Below are positions 49,682 through 63,290 of a stretch of DNA of 64,000 nt, in pieces. The notes under the pieces were generated by a model. It had not been told where the DNA came from. It was given only the letters and a program-made list of their open reading frames with translations, and did no database searches. A program made the translations under genes and the position numbers. Where the stretch lies: NCBI GenBank assembly GCA_907165135.1, contig OU015569.1, forward strand, positions 10,230,001 to 10,294,000, read 5' to 3'. How positions within the stretch are numbered: the first letter of the stretch is position 1; each line of letters starts with the position of its first letter. Origin of the DNA: Oikopleura dioica (taxonomy: Eukaryota > Animalia > Chordata).

Positions 49682-50905
49682 TCAACCACTGCTCGTTGAA
49701 GATAATCTCGCTAATGAAAATTTTAGAAATCGGTAAATTGAAATTAAGTTAAAAGATGTTTTGAAACTCAAGAAACGTGAGCGGAAGTAGCCGAGGGATG
49801 AGTTAAGCGGATAATGGCCAATGACACTTTGTAGTGTGCATTTGATGGTCTTTCTTGACGATTGTGTGGTACAATTTAAATATACTAATTTAATAGTGCG
49901 AACTCTAAAACGAAAAAACGTGGTGAAAAATATTCGAATTTGTCCTGAGCACTTAAACGCAAGTCCAATTAAACGAATTTTGAATTGCCGCTGAATATCT
50001 ACGAGATTCTTGTTCGCAGCTTTATCCGTCCTTTTCTTTGGCAGAAGCGAAGAAATGCGTTTGTTCCCAGCCTGGAAGAAAGCGATGGAATATGATTCGC
50101 GCGTGACATCACTCAGACTCTGGGAGAGATGAAACTGAGTGGAACGTCTTGCGCGAACGTGAATATAAAATTGTTTTGCCAGATTTAAACAGGAAATCTA
50201 AATATTTTCTCGGCTGCGGCTTTCTCAGGCGTAAACACTTCTCCGAAAGTGATGTATGATCTTTGTTTAAAACATTTAGAGCGCTCCAAGTTAAGCAATT
50301 TTTCTCTCCAAAGCAGTTCTGAAAATGTTTAGTAAATGGGTAGAAAGAGAAGATGGAAGCGCTCATCTTCTCTTCAGGCGGATTTCGCGGTCAATGAATG
50401 ACGTCGCTGCTCTGCCGCAAATGATTTCGGAAAGTACTTTAAGCATTCCCATCCGAATACCCTACTGAACGGCTTGCTCGCCCAAAATAGAGGAAGCGAC
50501 TCTCGTCGATACCCTCCTTAGTTGAATAACTTTCAATTACGGTACCCTCTCGTTTCATCTTTTTGAGAAGTATTGTCTTCGAATGCAAGAAAAATGACGA
50601 TTGCTATTTTATCTGGCTAAGAAAAAGAGTGGACACTGCTGTTTTGGATTGGAAGAATTTTCGGAATTGGCTCTGGAAGTTGAAAGTTGCAACGTTAAAG
50701 TCCATCTCATCCATCATCGTCCGGTCTAACCATTCCGGATGCAGAGCCAGAAAAAAGCCGAGTTTTAATTGTAAAACGGTTAGATATGTTTCTGAAGGTA
50801 GCTGAAAGTGTTCTGGCTATAAATCCACAGTACTTATTATCTTGTCCAAAGAGAGAAAACTGTTCAAATTTGAAATTATCGTTGTTGAACATCGATTGAA
50901 ACATT
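49682..50905 (-). CDS. Possible unidentified multi-exon gene
   Basis: An open stretch of roughly 140 codons at 49682-50100 plus splice-like signals upstream. No homology recognised and exon structure unresolved. Confidence 0.2.
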
Positions 50906-51233
50906 CGCCTTCCGCTCAAAAAGAAAAGTGAACTTCTAACATTCGAATTGCGCCAGAATTAGAACCAAGAATCTCTTATCTAAATCACTCACCAAATTAA
51001 GCCGCAGTTTATAAAAATGACGATTTCAGAAAATCAATCCATGCTGCCTGTTTTGATGTTTAGGGGATAAAAACTCAGAGATCGATTTTTGTCGTAATTT
51101 TTGTTGCCCCAGCAGACTCTCAAATTTTGGCCAAAATATTCTTCCTGCATATTAGAGCATATTAAGAAGGAGTCGCGCGGTTGATTTCTCTGAGAGCGAA
51201 AATGTCTTTCAACGTGCGATTTTTCATACAGTA

Positions 51234-51412
51234 TATAATATAATATAATATAATATAATATAATATAATATAATATAATATAATATAATATAATATAATA
51301 TAATATAATATAATATAATATAATATAATATAATATAATATAATATAATATAATATAATATAATATAATATAATATAATATAATATAATATAATATAATA
51401 TAATATAATATA
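51234..51412 (+). repeat. Perfect (TATAA)n pentanucleotide microsatellite, ~36 units
   Basis: Directly visible. Confidence 0.98.
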
Positions 51413-52829
51413 GGGAATGATTCTAGAGTTTTTACTCTAGCTAAAATCAAAGCAGGATGATATAAAATAAGTGGGCAGTGAGTTAACAAAGCCCTGCACT
51501 AAGAGCTATCAAGTTCTTTCAAAAGAATTCAGAATTCCTAAACAGGCGATCGAAAAACTTCACTGAATTTTGGGGAAAACGTGATTTGCTCTGTGTTTGA
51601 AAATTATTTCTTCAAGCTGATATAAATAAGCTTTGTTTGGAGCTTGAGATATTTTGAGTAACATTTTCCCCCTCTTCCTCGCTTGAGAGTTGTTTTAGAA
51701 TTCGAAATTTTGGCTTCGAAGTATTTTTAAAGCCCGGAGATACTTTTAAGTGGGGGCTTTTATCCCAATGATTTTGTGGTTGTGAGATTCTTGATGATCT
51801 GGCCGAAATTCCGATTTGAAAAGGGTCGAGAGTAATCACTGCTATTTTTAATAGGATTAGCTCTTTTTCGGAGATTCGGGAACGCAGACACGTGCTCAGT
51901 ATTGAAGTCCTCATCTTGAAGGGCGCAAATCATAAACTAGAAAACGATTGTGTAAACACAACGACGGCTACTTACAGCTACAAAGAGTAATTTACACGCC
52001 TGTACTGTCGATAAAGCAGAGTTTATTCTTCACCCCCTAAAAGCCGCGCCTTTTTACGAAAAAGACGGAAATGCACAAACGTGATCAGCTGCGCTATCTG
52101 AATATTTTCTTTCAAACATGAAGCTGGTTCCGTTTAAACGGATCAACGCAGCTTCCAAAAGCACCACCCGCTAGGTCGCTTTTAAGCTGAAAATATAGGG
52201 CCTTGTTAGTCAAAGCTGCCAGCTATTTTCAACAAAGAAACTTTGTTAGGCCAAATTATTTTCTCATTCATTTTGAATGGAGAACAAGAAAAAATAACTC
52301 ATTTGTAATAAGTGTACTCGAGAAAAATATTTATTTATTTATACGTATAACTTGTTGCGAGTTATGTAAATTAATGACTGCTCACGACGCTTTGAAAATA
52401 CACAGTTTTCCTTCTACCTTTTTGACTCTAGCAAACACTGTATGTATTCCGAAATAAGAATAGTTCTGTCTAGCAGAATACAGAGTATAAGCGTGCATGG
52501 GCGCTCGTGAGCTTCGCTGGACGCATCGTGCGATCTCATGCTTAGCGCGGCGGGTCGTTCTAGCGCCTCCTACTAGCGCGCTCTCCACAGCGCTCTCGTT
52601 GCGTTACGCGGCACCGGACCAAGCTTGCAGGTCTTTATTGTCCGAGAACTCGCTCTCGAGATTCATTAAGCCTTTCCTTTTTTTCTAGCAAACGTTTCAA
52701 TTTTTTTTTTTTACTCCAAACTCAGATCAGCTGCAAAGAAGGATCTGTGAAATCTGCAAATTTTCGAGTTGAACGTTTTTGAAGAGAATACATAAAGAAG
52801 ACAAACATGCTTTTGTGACGGGTTTAGAG

Positions 52830-55800
52830 ATGATGCTCAGAGATGTTTATCGACTAGAACTATCCTAGAATTAAAAATTAAAGCTAGATTATTTTTATAA
52901 AACGGAAAAAAAAGTTTTTTTCTTAGAGAAATCAGCTTTTTGTGAGATCATTTAGCAACCCTTATGATCAGCTTAGCTCAGTTATTGCCTCAGTCGCATT
53001 CGGAAATGCCCTGACAGCCAGACTCAACGCACCAATTAGCTCAAAAATCAACATTTGCGAGGTGTGCAAATGCCTTGAGTACGGGTCCACCATTGTCAGG
53101 TGTCCTTTCAAGCGACTTGATAGAAAGACTTTGGATTCTCTTGATTTTCCGGATGAGATGCACAGCCTTGATCTTCGATTCTATGGCATCCGCAAGACTG
53201 AGCCTGAAATGTTCTATCAGGTAAAAACGAAAAGGGCCGAGTCATTTTCACTAACGCTCTCCGATTCTAGCTCCACAGCAAAAACATTTCTGAAGTACAT
53301 TTGGGGCGAAATAAGATTGGCAGGCTCCAAAGTGGCACTCTTGATGGCCTAGAAAGCGTAAGGTAAGTGCTCGCGCTCCTTTTTTATTTCCAAAATGTAT
53401 TTTTACCTGCGGTTTTTTCTTTCGTCGAACATTATTTTGTCTTGTTTTGCTAATTATTTTTGGACCTTTGATGAGTTATTAAGCGCCTTTGAAGTCTCAA
53501 ATTATTAATACTTCTTGTTATTAACTCTAATTTGGACTCGCGAAAAAACACTACAGATTAGTTTGTCAAATATTAAGATCATTTATCAGAAGTAAATAAT
53601 GAGACGTTCACAAGAAATATTGCTCTTATGGGTAATAAATCGTGAGCACCTGCAAGTACTTATTTATTGATTAGCTGTGTTTTTTTAATTAATATTAATT
53701 TTAATTAATGAAAAAACGGCTTGGATTCAAATAGGAAGAAGCAGAAATAGCTTTAGGCCAAGAACAAAGGGTCAAATTTGGTGTGTAGAAAATGCTATAA
53801 TCTATTAGATTACATGTTATACCTTGGGGTGTCAATTCGACAATGTTGAGACCGCTTTATTTTTTGATACACGTGTAAAAAACACAACCCGCCGTAGCTT
53901 GAGGGGGAGAAATCTAATCACTTTGTTTTCTTATACATTTTGGGAGTGTTTCTTCGAGGGCGCGCAACGAGATCAATCGCGCGACTCTCGCTGAACATTG
54001 TTCAAATCACACCACGTAAGAGTGCTTGTCCCGAGCGCAATTTAATTTTCTCCTTCATTTTCCCAAATGATTACGAACGTCTTCAGGTTTCTCGATGTGA
54101 CGTCTGCTCGCGTCGGCGCGATCGAGAACCACGTCTTCGACGGCTTGACCGCGATGGAGTCGCTCTGGCTCGACGAAAACAGGATCGGTCTTTTGCCAAA
54201 GTCGATCTTCTGCGGACTAGAGCACTTGAAGGAGCTCAACTTGAACTCAAACAGGTAAAGTTGACAACGGCCAGGAATTTGCTCCAAAATTGTCGCCAAT
54301 TACTAAAACGGATTTTTGCGTAATGCCCGTTTTTACGAAATTACAATCAGCACTGACTTAGAAGGACCACTTGCGCACGTCCGAGAGCATTTGCGGACAG
54401 TAGTACGAAAACGAGTTTAGTTAAATCGTTGCCGTAAGCAAAGGTCGGAGCTGGGCGGCTAAGATGCATCAGCCGTAACCCTTCGCGTTAGATTAGAAGG
54501 CAAACGACGTTTCGCTTTCAATGTAGATTTAAGTGTAAGGGCAGACAATTAAAAAACTAGTGGCGGTAACAATGGGAAAGACCCATGACGTGCGAACGAC
54601 AGGTCCTTACTGAGTGCGGTTTTTAGGATTGGACACATCATCCCAGGCACCTTCCAAAACTTGAAGAATCTCGAGTACCTCTACATCGACTCTAACCGGT
54701 AACGCTATCGCCCTGTGCCCAATCTAACGGCGCTTTTCAGACTCAACCGAATCGAGCCAAACACATTCTACGGACTCGACAAGCTCAAATACCTCGGTCT
54801 CAGCAAGAATATGATCAAAACGCTCAAAGTCGTAAGTCAGCCAAAAACACCACCAGCATTATCATAAATACGATAATGAGGGCCAACGGATGACCATGAA
54901 AGCGCATCAGTATAGTCCTTGAATCTGAATTGAGCGTCCACGACTGCTTATTTAAAAAATTTTCGAACATTACGCTCAGTACGCGAGTAAACATGCAAAC
55001 GGCGCTGATTACTGACGGAAGTAGCCGTTGGGCGCTCAAATTAGCGCCCAAAATGTCGACTTCGAAAAAACGTTGACATGAAGGGATCGTTTACTGCTCG
55101 TTACGCGCCTTTTTCAGGGGTCATTTGGTCACTTGATGAACATCAACTACCTCGACTTGAGCAAGAACCAGAAGCTCGATAACGCGCTTACCAAGGTAAA
55201 TCCTAAGGCAATAATTACGCTGAAACATAATTATCAATTGACCTCGCTTGATTACATTTGCAAAAAGATTTCATATAAACAAGCTTTTTAATTTCAATGA
55301 TGGAACGATTAACTGGTTAATTTTAGAGTTTTTGGTGTAGTTTTTAGCACTTGTTTAATTGGGGTCGTCAGAAGATTTATTTTGTAGATTTTTTTTCGAT
55401 TGAAAATAATCATCGTTGATTTTGTTTATGCTGAGGCATCGAAATAGAAATGGTTTTGAGGAACTAAACTTTAGCAATTAACATTTCGAGTTCTGCATAA
55501 CGGAATTTCGAGAGCACCGTAGTCTCTGGTCCATAGTAAGTGATTAGCTGCAAAAGCTATTGTTTAGCGTGTGAGCCCTACCTGTCGCAGCTGGCAGCTT
55601 GAATACTTGGATTGCGAGCCGATCGGCCAATTCGAAAACGAAAACAGTCGGCTCTTCACCAACGTGACTCTCGACGAGCAAATCCACGACGACATGTTGT
55701 GCGAGCCCGTTGATGAGATCATGAACTTTGAAAGGTAACGAGTGGAACGACGGCATTATAGGACAAGCCTGCTTCTGCGGCGATATAAATGCTGCACAAA

Positions 55801-56390
55801 TGCCCAAAGCATTTTAATAGTTGCTTGCTCGAACTCTCCCTTTTTAATTGGAGTTAAAACGTTTAAAGTGGCCCCTGCGACTCATCAAACGACGAGACCC
55901 TCTGCTGCGGTGGCAAGTCTCACTTGCGACAGATCTTCGGCCTTCCCGAGTACTACTGGCGGGATTCTTGCTGCGGCGAACAGCCTTATTCTAGCGCGCG
56001 GGTCTACAAATTCAGAATCGTTTATCCGCTCCTGTCGATCGTCGGAAGACGATAAACAATCATTAGTGCGTAATATCTGAAAGAGACCCCGATAACAGTT
56101 CCATGCTTATCTGCTGCTCTGGACAGGTCTCCCTCAGGCGACAGAACACTGAGTGCTGTGGAACGACAACCTTTGACTCCGAAACTCACCAGTGCTGCCG
56201 CGATACGGTAACAGACCCAAAAGAAAAGATGGCCCTCCAATGACCCAAAACAGGAAAAAACAAAAACAAAGCTCACATGTGCGTTCAGGTTATTTCCAAA
56301 GCTGTCGGCTGTAACATGCAATACTCGAAGTTTCTGTTCTCGATCCTCTCCAATCTGAACACGGGCGATTCGGACGCGTGGAAGCACTAA
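52830..56390 (+). CDS. Secreted LRR protein with C-terminal di-cysteine (galaxin-like) repeats
   Basis: LRRNT (CEVCKC...VRC), ~7 LRRs (e.g. LEHLKELNLNSN, LKNLEYLYIDSN, LDKLKYLGLSKN), then TLCCGG...SCCGEQPY...LICCSGQV...ECCGTTTFDSETHQCC; stop at 56390. Start uncertain. Confidence 0.8.
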
Positions 56391-58406
56391 TCAGCCCCGC
56401 GTTCATTATTTTAGTTTACAGTCGCCAACTGTGGACTAGAGGATTTGTATATTTTGTATCTAAAGCTTAAGCTCACAATTTGCCTTCTATCCTAACGACC
56501 TCTCTCTCTATGACCCTAACAAGGCGGCCCGACCGGCGATAATTTTGCCATATCGTCCGGCAGCAGCCCTTTTCCCCTTTCAGAGGTTTAGTTCGCGCCC
56601 GACGTGAAAGATGAAACTCCGAACACACAAAAACAACAACAAACGCAAACAGCAAAACTCAGCTCTCGCGCACTCAGCACTGGCTCGCGATAAAATCAAC
56701 GACAAATCTTCGGATTTTCGACAAGCTTGACGCGACAAGAAAAAAACTCGACAACAACACTTCTGTACATTTTGTAAAGTCTGTCCACACATTACTTGCA
56801 TTCCCGATTGACAATGGGTTGAATACATTTCCAATTTTGCTGGAGCAGGACGTTTGTCCGAGCTTCCGCAATTATCTAACCAAAAACTCAAAGAAATAGT
56901 CTTTTTTTTCATGAAATCTAGGGCAGTGTATTCTTACAGTCAAGAATCAGTAATTCTTTTGCAGTAAGCACGTTTTCTTACCAGAAGCTTTTGTTGTTGA
57001 GCTTACCGCAAGTATTTTGGGGCGGTCAAAGCATTTAAAACTTTTATAGAATAATTTCATAATAAAGAACTCGTTTTAGAGGAGTTTTGTTATTCAGATA
57101 AGCTTCACTCATACAAAAAAAAACAGGGCACATTTCAAAGTACAATGTATTTCCGAGAAGCGCAAGAATTTTGTCTTCCTGCCAAATAAAGGTCATTTTG
57201 ATTAATATTTTTATTAACTAAATTTTCCGCAAAAAAAGTAATGCTGTCAGTGATCGAACAGCGGATTTAGTTTTCGTAAAAAAGTGAATTTCCGACGTTG
57301 TGTCACGTTGATCAGTTTCTCCGTTCAATGCCTAGTAGGTACCCTTTAATCGATCGTACTCAGTCTTGTGGCCACACATCCGTTATCTAAGCGCATTTCC
57401 GGTAGATTTCAAACTTTCCACAAAACGATTTTTTCCATCGTTGCCTTTGAATCTGATCCATTTACTTGACCTTCTTTGCGGTCACAAAGCTCGAATTGGA
57501 GGCTTATTAGATGGCAAACAGGATTCTCATCTTGGCGGAAAAATTAGAAAATAACATTTTTTCTTAATATTTTTTTGGGAAAAAGAAGTGTCGTCATCTT
57601 GAATATGAAAATGTTTGCTCCCAAGCCGTTTGTCAAGAGTTATCTCAAAGAGATGAGGAAGTTGGATACAGACGATATGCGCTGACCACGTTTTTTGCTA
57701 TTTTGCAAAAGACCTTCGAGTGATAACTAGTGGCCTCTCACCCAGAGCCGCTTTCGTTTGTTTGGGAATCAACGAAATTCGAACTTTTTCCTTCGTGGGG
57801 TTTGTTGCTTTTATGACTTCGTTCGGCTCAACTTATCTCGTCTTGTCAAAGTCTATTTGGACTGATGGCTGTGTAGAACGTAATCTCCCGCCAAGACGGT
57901 AGAGTATTTGATATAATCTCGATAATCTCGGAGTCGCGAAACTTCGCCCAGCCCTCTAAATGTGTTAATTTACTTTAGCGGCGGCGTTTACAATAATAAT
58001 TCTTGGCATTTGTCGAAATTCTTGATTGAAACTGATCTTGGGCATTCGCTGCTCTGGTATTCGATTTGAAATACTCATCTGGAGTTGCCAACGAACGAGT
58101 AAGAAGTACAGTATAACGACGCGCAATTGATTCTCTGCGCAATAAAATCTCAGTGCGAGTACCTTTTATGTTAATCTCGACCCTTTCTTGGTCTTGGGAT
58201 AATGCGCACATTCCGGCGCTGTCCTTGCTCGCGTTCCATTACAGCTTATCAATTCCTATCTTTTTGCGCGGGCGAAAATGGTGGGTAAAAGAGGACTGAC
58301 AGTCCAAAAAATTTCACATCTAGTAGTGTGAAGACGTTCAAATCGTGCATTCTTAATTGAAAGAGAGTCACTGAGATTATTTTACGGAAGGGCTTGGGTT
58401 CGTTAA

Positions 58407-58456
58407 GGGGGTCCCCAACGAAAATTCCGACTTTTAGAATATCGTTGGGGACCCCC
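58407..58456. mobile_element. 50-bp hairpin mini-MITE with TTAA TSD (Kolobok-like GG ends)
   Basis: Perfect 15-bp TIR GGGGGTCCCCAACGA, flanked by TTAA at 58403-58406 and 58457-58460. Confidence 0.75.
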
Positions 58457-59387
58457 TTAAACTCAGACTTGCAGCAATCACAGCAATTTGATTTTGAGCC
58501 TTGATTTGATTCTGGACTTTTGCTATTTTTTTTAGTTAGGGTTGAGATTTTTGTCGATTTTGGTGGAGCAAAATGGCGCAAGCAGACCACCGGGCAAGAC
58601 CGCAGAGCGGCTGACCGCCCCTTGGTTCCGCATTTTTACCCAGTCACAGATACAAGTCATAATCGCCTTACATTCGATCACTCTCTTTCTGTTTTTGGCG
58701 TTGTCCCTTTCGGCTGATCGCTATTATCGCATCCTAATCAGATCATCATTATTCTGGCTATTATGAGCAAACATACTTTTTCACGCTCCGATATCTCTAT
58801 CAACAAACAAAAAGCAAGCTGTGCACGATCTTTGATAATCAATTTTGATGACCCCGATTTCAAATTGGCGGTTTCATAATATACCAACGTAATTTTTAAG
58901 CGGCTTCTAAAAATCAACTCTCACCAGAATATAATAAGAGCTGCTTATCCGTGTTGTAAAAAATGCGAGTGGCATTTTACGCGCGTATAAAAAGCGCAAT
59001 TCTCACGTTTTTAGAACTCCGTCTCACTTTCTGACCCGAGCTCTTCGAAGGTTGAAAGTTTACGGATGATGTTGTGCTCGCCCAGTCCACGTTATTTGAA
59101 CATTATTTGTTGGGGGCTGAGCAGTTGTTCGACAAGAGCAGCAACTTGCGCAAGGCGAACCTTTGTCTCATGATTTGGCGAAATAAACTTTGTGGCGAGT
59201 TGGGGCACAACTTGTGTCTGAGATTGGGGAAATGCGATTTGGATCCAACCGCATTGGATTCCAGCCCAAGACGCTCATCAATTTTATTTCAAGTGAACGG
59301 AGCAGACACCTGCTTCCGATGGCAAAAATTAGGTTACGTCCCGATCGTTAACTGCCTTCTGCAAGGAGCCATACGTGACCCTGGATA

Positions 59388-60085
59388 ACATACCCCCTAA
59401 ATTTCCGCGCAATTCGTGGTATTTCGCCCAAGTTTACGTTTCCTAACTTTTCCGAAAGACCCCGAAATTTACGCTTCCTCGCATTTCCCCGCGTTTCCAA
59501 ATTTCTTTTCCTAACTTTTCCGCGCGCGCCCAAATTTACTCGAGACCCGCTGAAATGCGCGTCAACGCTAATGATTTCATTAATAGCGCCAAATTAAACC
59601 AAGGGATTTCAGTCTTTTTCATGTACTTGAGGCGCTAGAATTGGAAATTTTTCGTGGCTTGGACACATAAAAATCGTAGCATTCGAGTAACTTAAAATAT
59701 TGACGTCTGGATTTTACTCCGCAGAAGTCGTTTTCATCTATCGCACTAGCATAACGTTCTATCAAATATTGTAACAATAAACAATAATTTTATCAAAGAT
59801 AACATGAGATAGGGCTGCCCTATAAGGGAATCTGGCTTTTTTATAAAAAATCATCCTTTTTTTGCCCGGAGCGAGCAAAACAAGACTTTTGCGCACTCAG
59901 AAAGTTCACCGACGATCAGCGCTGCGAGCGTAAATTTGGGCGCGCGCAGAAAAGTTAGGAGAAGAAATTTTGGGGCGCGCGGAAAAGTTAAGCGGCGTAA
60001 ATTTGGGGGTTTTGGAACAGATCAGGAAGAGTAAATTACGGAAAATGTACCGAGGAATGCGCGAAAACTTGGGGGTGGGGTATGT
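59388..60085. mobile_element. Non-autonomous TIR element (~700 bp) with probable TA TSD
   Basis: Ends ACATACCCC / GGGGTATGT flanked by TA; inverted subterminal blocks CCTAACTTTTC..GCGCGCCCAAATTTAC / GTAAATTTGGGCGCGCG..GAAAAGTTAGG. Confidence 0.75.
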
Positions 60086-60204
60086 TATTTAAATTTGCCC
60101 CTGCGATTCGGAAGACACCTAGAAATGCACCTTCTTCTTCACAAAATTCCAACGCTTTTTCCTGAACTTCACCCTGCGAGTCGTCTATAACTGCCGAGAA
60201 TATA

Positions 60205-60441
60205 CAGTGGCGTTTACGGTTAAAAACGTCCAGCTGGGCTCGGCAACCTGTGTAGAAAACCTGAGTCAGGCTTTGAAGAGCTAAAATGAAAAAGCGGCTT
60301 TTCGCCAATAGTTTTAAATACATATGACTCATCGTGCTGCGAAGCCGCTTTGCGGCTTCGTTTTCAAAAAAGCCGCTGCGCGGCTTTTCATTTTAGCCCT
60401 TCAAAGCCTGACTCAGGCTTATACAACCAAAAACGCCACTG
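60205..60441. mobile_element. Tc1/mariner-like MITE (237 bp)
   Basis: CAGTGGCGTTT / AAACGCCACTG ends, TA on the left (TG on the right), and a 33-bp internal inverted pair CCTGAGTCAGGCTTTGAAG.GCTAAAATGAAAA. Confidence 0.75.
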
Positions 60442-61269
60442 TGTAGTAGAGCAATTTGCAATCTTCCCTGCTTTCCATAAATAGTTCCTGCGAATGAAAG
60501 TGTAAGTCGGAAGACGACATGGTGCAAAAATGACAATCGTACAACGTTTTCAGGGCATAATCATTGTTTTTATTACGAGATATTATTTAATTGTCCTTGC
60601 CGACTTTTTGAACTCAAGTTTGACAGTTTTTCTGTCATTTCCTCATGGATTTCTTCGAGTCGTCTTATCTGCAGCAGGAAGCTGTTGATACATCCTGGCT
60701 CTGGTCTTCTCGCATAATTTCTGTGCCAGAGCTTCCTGGAACATTTCTGCACCTCCTGCTTCGATTTCTCGAACTATCTTCTTCTTTATCCTCCTCGGTT
60801 CTGAGGAGGATAAAGTTTATCGCACTTCTAAGCTTTACGTTAAATTGCGAAAACCGACTGAATCATTACGTACCGATATCCACTTTCCTCCTTTGCGCTT
60901 TTTCGCACCATCCTCATTCTCTTGTTCTAACAGAAATCGGAGCAGTATCGCCGCTACAATGCTCGTCATGATTTGACACCACCAGAACATCCAATCTGGA
61001 TGGCTTACACTGCAAGGGCGATCCTCAAATTCGCAAACTCACTCATTCTGAAATTATTAAAATAAAAATCTTATCGGCACCGACTCTAGAGTAGGGTCAG
61101 TTACTACAGGAAGAGGAAAAAGGAAGAATCAAACTCTCTTGTCTCTGAAAAATGATTCGAACAAGTGAACCTTTTGACTCGAAAATGTGGCTGTTCTGAG
61201 TTTCCGAATCGAAACTCTGAGCGAATGAGAAAACGCGGACGGACAGCGTGATGCTCTGCCTACGCTTTT

Positions 61270-63290
61270 GAGTCGAAGAGTTGGTCTGGGAGACGAGTGG
61301 ACGAGGCGCCATCCGGCGCTCTTCTTTTTCTCCCACGGATTCCTCCGTTCAAGAAAAATTCTTTTACAGAAAACACTCGGAAACCTCGAGTCTGCTCGCC
61401 AGGTATTGAAATTGCAGTGTACAGTTGAAGTAACATGTAAAAATATTTTAAACATAATTTGTGAAGAGCTTAGTAAGAATGCACAGTTCAATCGAGAAGA
61501 ATGATAAAACGGAATTCAAACAGAATTACTCTCACTGTGATATTATCACTAGAATTTGCTTTGTTCGAGTTTCAAGCCATCCCATGGGTTTTGACACGCC
61601 TGATGTTTAACTGGATACCGTTATTTTTGAACATTTCGGACCACAAAACCAAGTTAACCGGGATTAACTCGTTCTTGCAATCAAAATCGGGTGCTCATGG
61701 GTGCCAGACAAATTCTCTAAGCGTTTTACGCAGTCATAAGCCGATATCGATTACAGAACTGCTCGCTACTATTAGTAATAAGATCAAATTAAAAAGGCTT
61801 TCCGCAAATGGCCCATTTTAATCATCTATTTCGGAGCAAAAGAAAGCTGCGTGCTATTTCGAAGAAACAAATTAGGAACACAGAAATGCTTAAATTAACC
61901 TCTGATACTATCAAGGAGAACGGTCATATCACTAACGATATCCTCAAAATACACGTGGTATATCGTGAGTGATAAAAGTGAGATAATCTCGCATCAAGCA
62001 GGCAGGAAATTCATCTTATCGCGATTTTGACACGGATCAATAGTTGAAAATCTAATCAAACAAGGGAACTAATCAACGCCTTTTTTTGAAAAAAAGTCAG
62101 AGCTTTCACAACGGGGCGCCAAGACACGCGCCCGCCTCGGAAAAAGTCGGTGGGTGGGGAAAGGTTTCAACCCGCCTCCAGCGCGAAACAGAGACATTCC
62201 CAGCCACAGTCCGTTATCTCTAGACTCTCATTGGCAGAGAAGATAAACATATTGAGAGAAAAACAAGGGAGAGCGAGGAATTCCTTTTCATATGAAAGAA
62301 TACAGAAGAAATGGCAATTTTGAGAGATTCTAGGACATTTTACTGAATCAATCTGAATGACATCATTCATCAATAATTAGTCATTGGAAATTTTGATATT
62401 CTTAACTTCGGTAAAACCCTTCAGTGGAAAATATACCAACCTGGTGTGCCCAGCGAAACAATCCGAGAATCCGAGTTTTGCAGGTAGAAAGTGGTCTTTG
62501 TTGGTGAGAAATAATCTCTTCAAATCGTTTTCAGACATCTCAACATGCGAAAGTATGATGTCGGGCCAGCACGACATGAGAAAAGTGACAGATCGAGTGA
62601 TAAAGGATTATTCAAGGATGAAAGAGAAAGCTGCCCATTACAAGAAATCGGCGAAGGGATGGATTTCTAAAATTCAACTTGAACAAAGTTACTGGTCGTT
62701 CAAGATCTATTTATTTTTGGAGACGGCTGAGAAGAACAGTTCTAAAAAGACGGATTAATAACAATAATCATAAAATATTAAAAAACGTGAGAGTCGATTT
62801 GAAAAAGAATAGTTTACAAAATAGCTTCGAGAAAGCTAAGCACCGCTTAACAGTGTTCGATTGCAAGTCGTCCTTGAGCTATCAAAGGTTTTCGAGGACT
62901 CCGAGCTGGCGATAAAGTATTTTTGTCCTCGGGTTATGCAAGCGTGCGTATTTCAAGCTAGAGTAATGGATTTTAATCTCTCTCTTATGTTCGCTTCCCG
63001 GTTCGTTGTTAGCTGGTTTGTGTTTTCTATCGTATTTTCTGGGGATTAGGGCGAGAGTTACTGAACGCGGGAGCACGTGGTGAGCCTGAGAAAGTTTAGA
63101 AATCACCGAAAAAACAGATCCATTTCGCCGAGTTGGAGAAAATCGCGATGCAGCAGAGGATGCAGCAGCGCCAGATCGACGAGCTTAGAAAAAGTAACCA
63201 GTTGCTTGGGGATTGGGTCTCAACATCTCGCTCTTGCTTATTTTCGGCGAATTAAATTTTCGATAAATTAAACAGACTGAGACTTGCGCT
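61270..63290 (+). CDS. Possible unidentified multi-exon gene with coiled-coil C-terminus
   Basis: Splice-bounded short segments such as IHFAELEKIAMQQRMQQRQIDELRK (63118-63193) and DMRKVTDRVIKDYSRMKEKAAHYKKSAK. Phases not fully resolved. Confidence 0.3.

Noticed and set aside
51034-51489. 151-aa ORF with YYIIL repeats
   Set aside because: Translation of the (TATAA)n microsatellite.
60640-61050. Possible small minus-strand gene
   Set aside because: Frames are interrupted by stops near the apparent start; no consistent model could be built.
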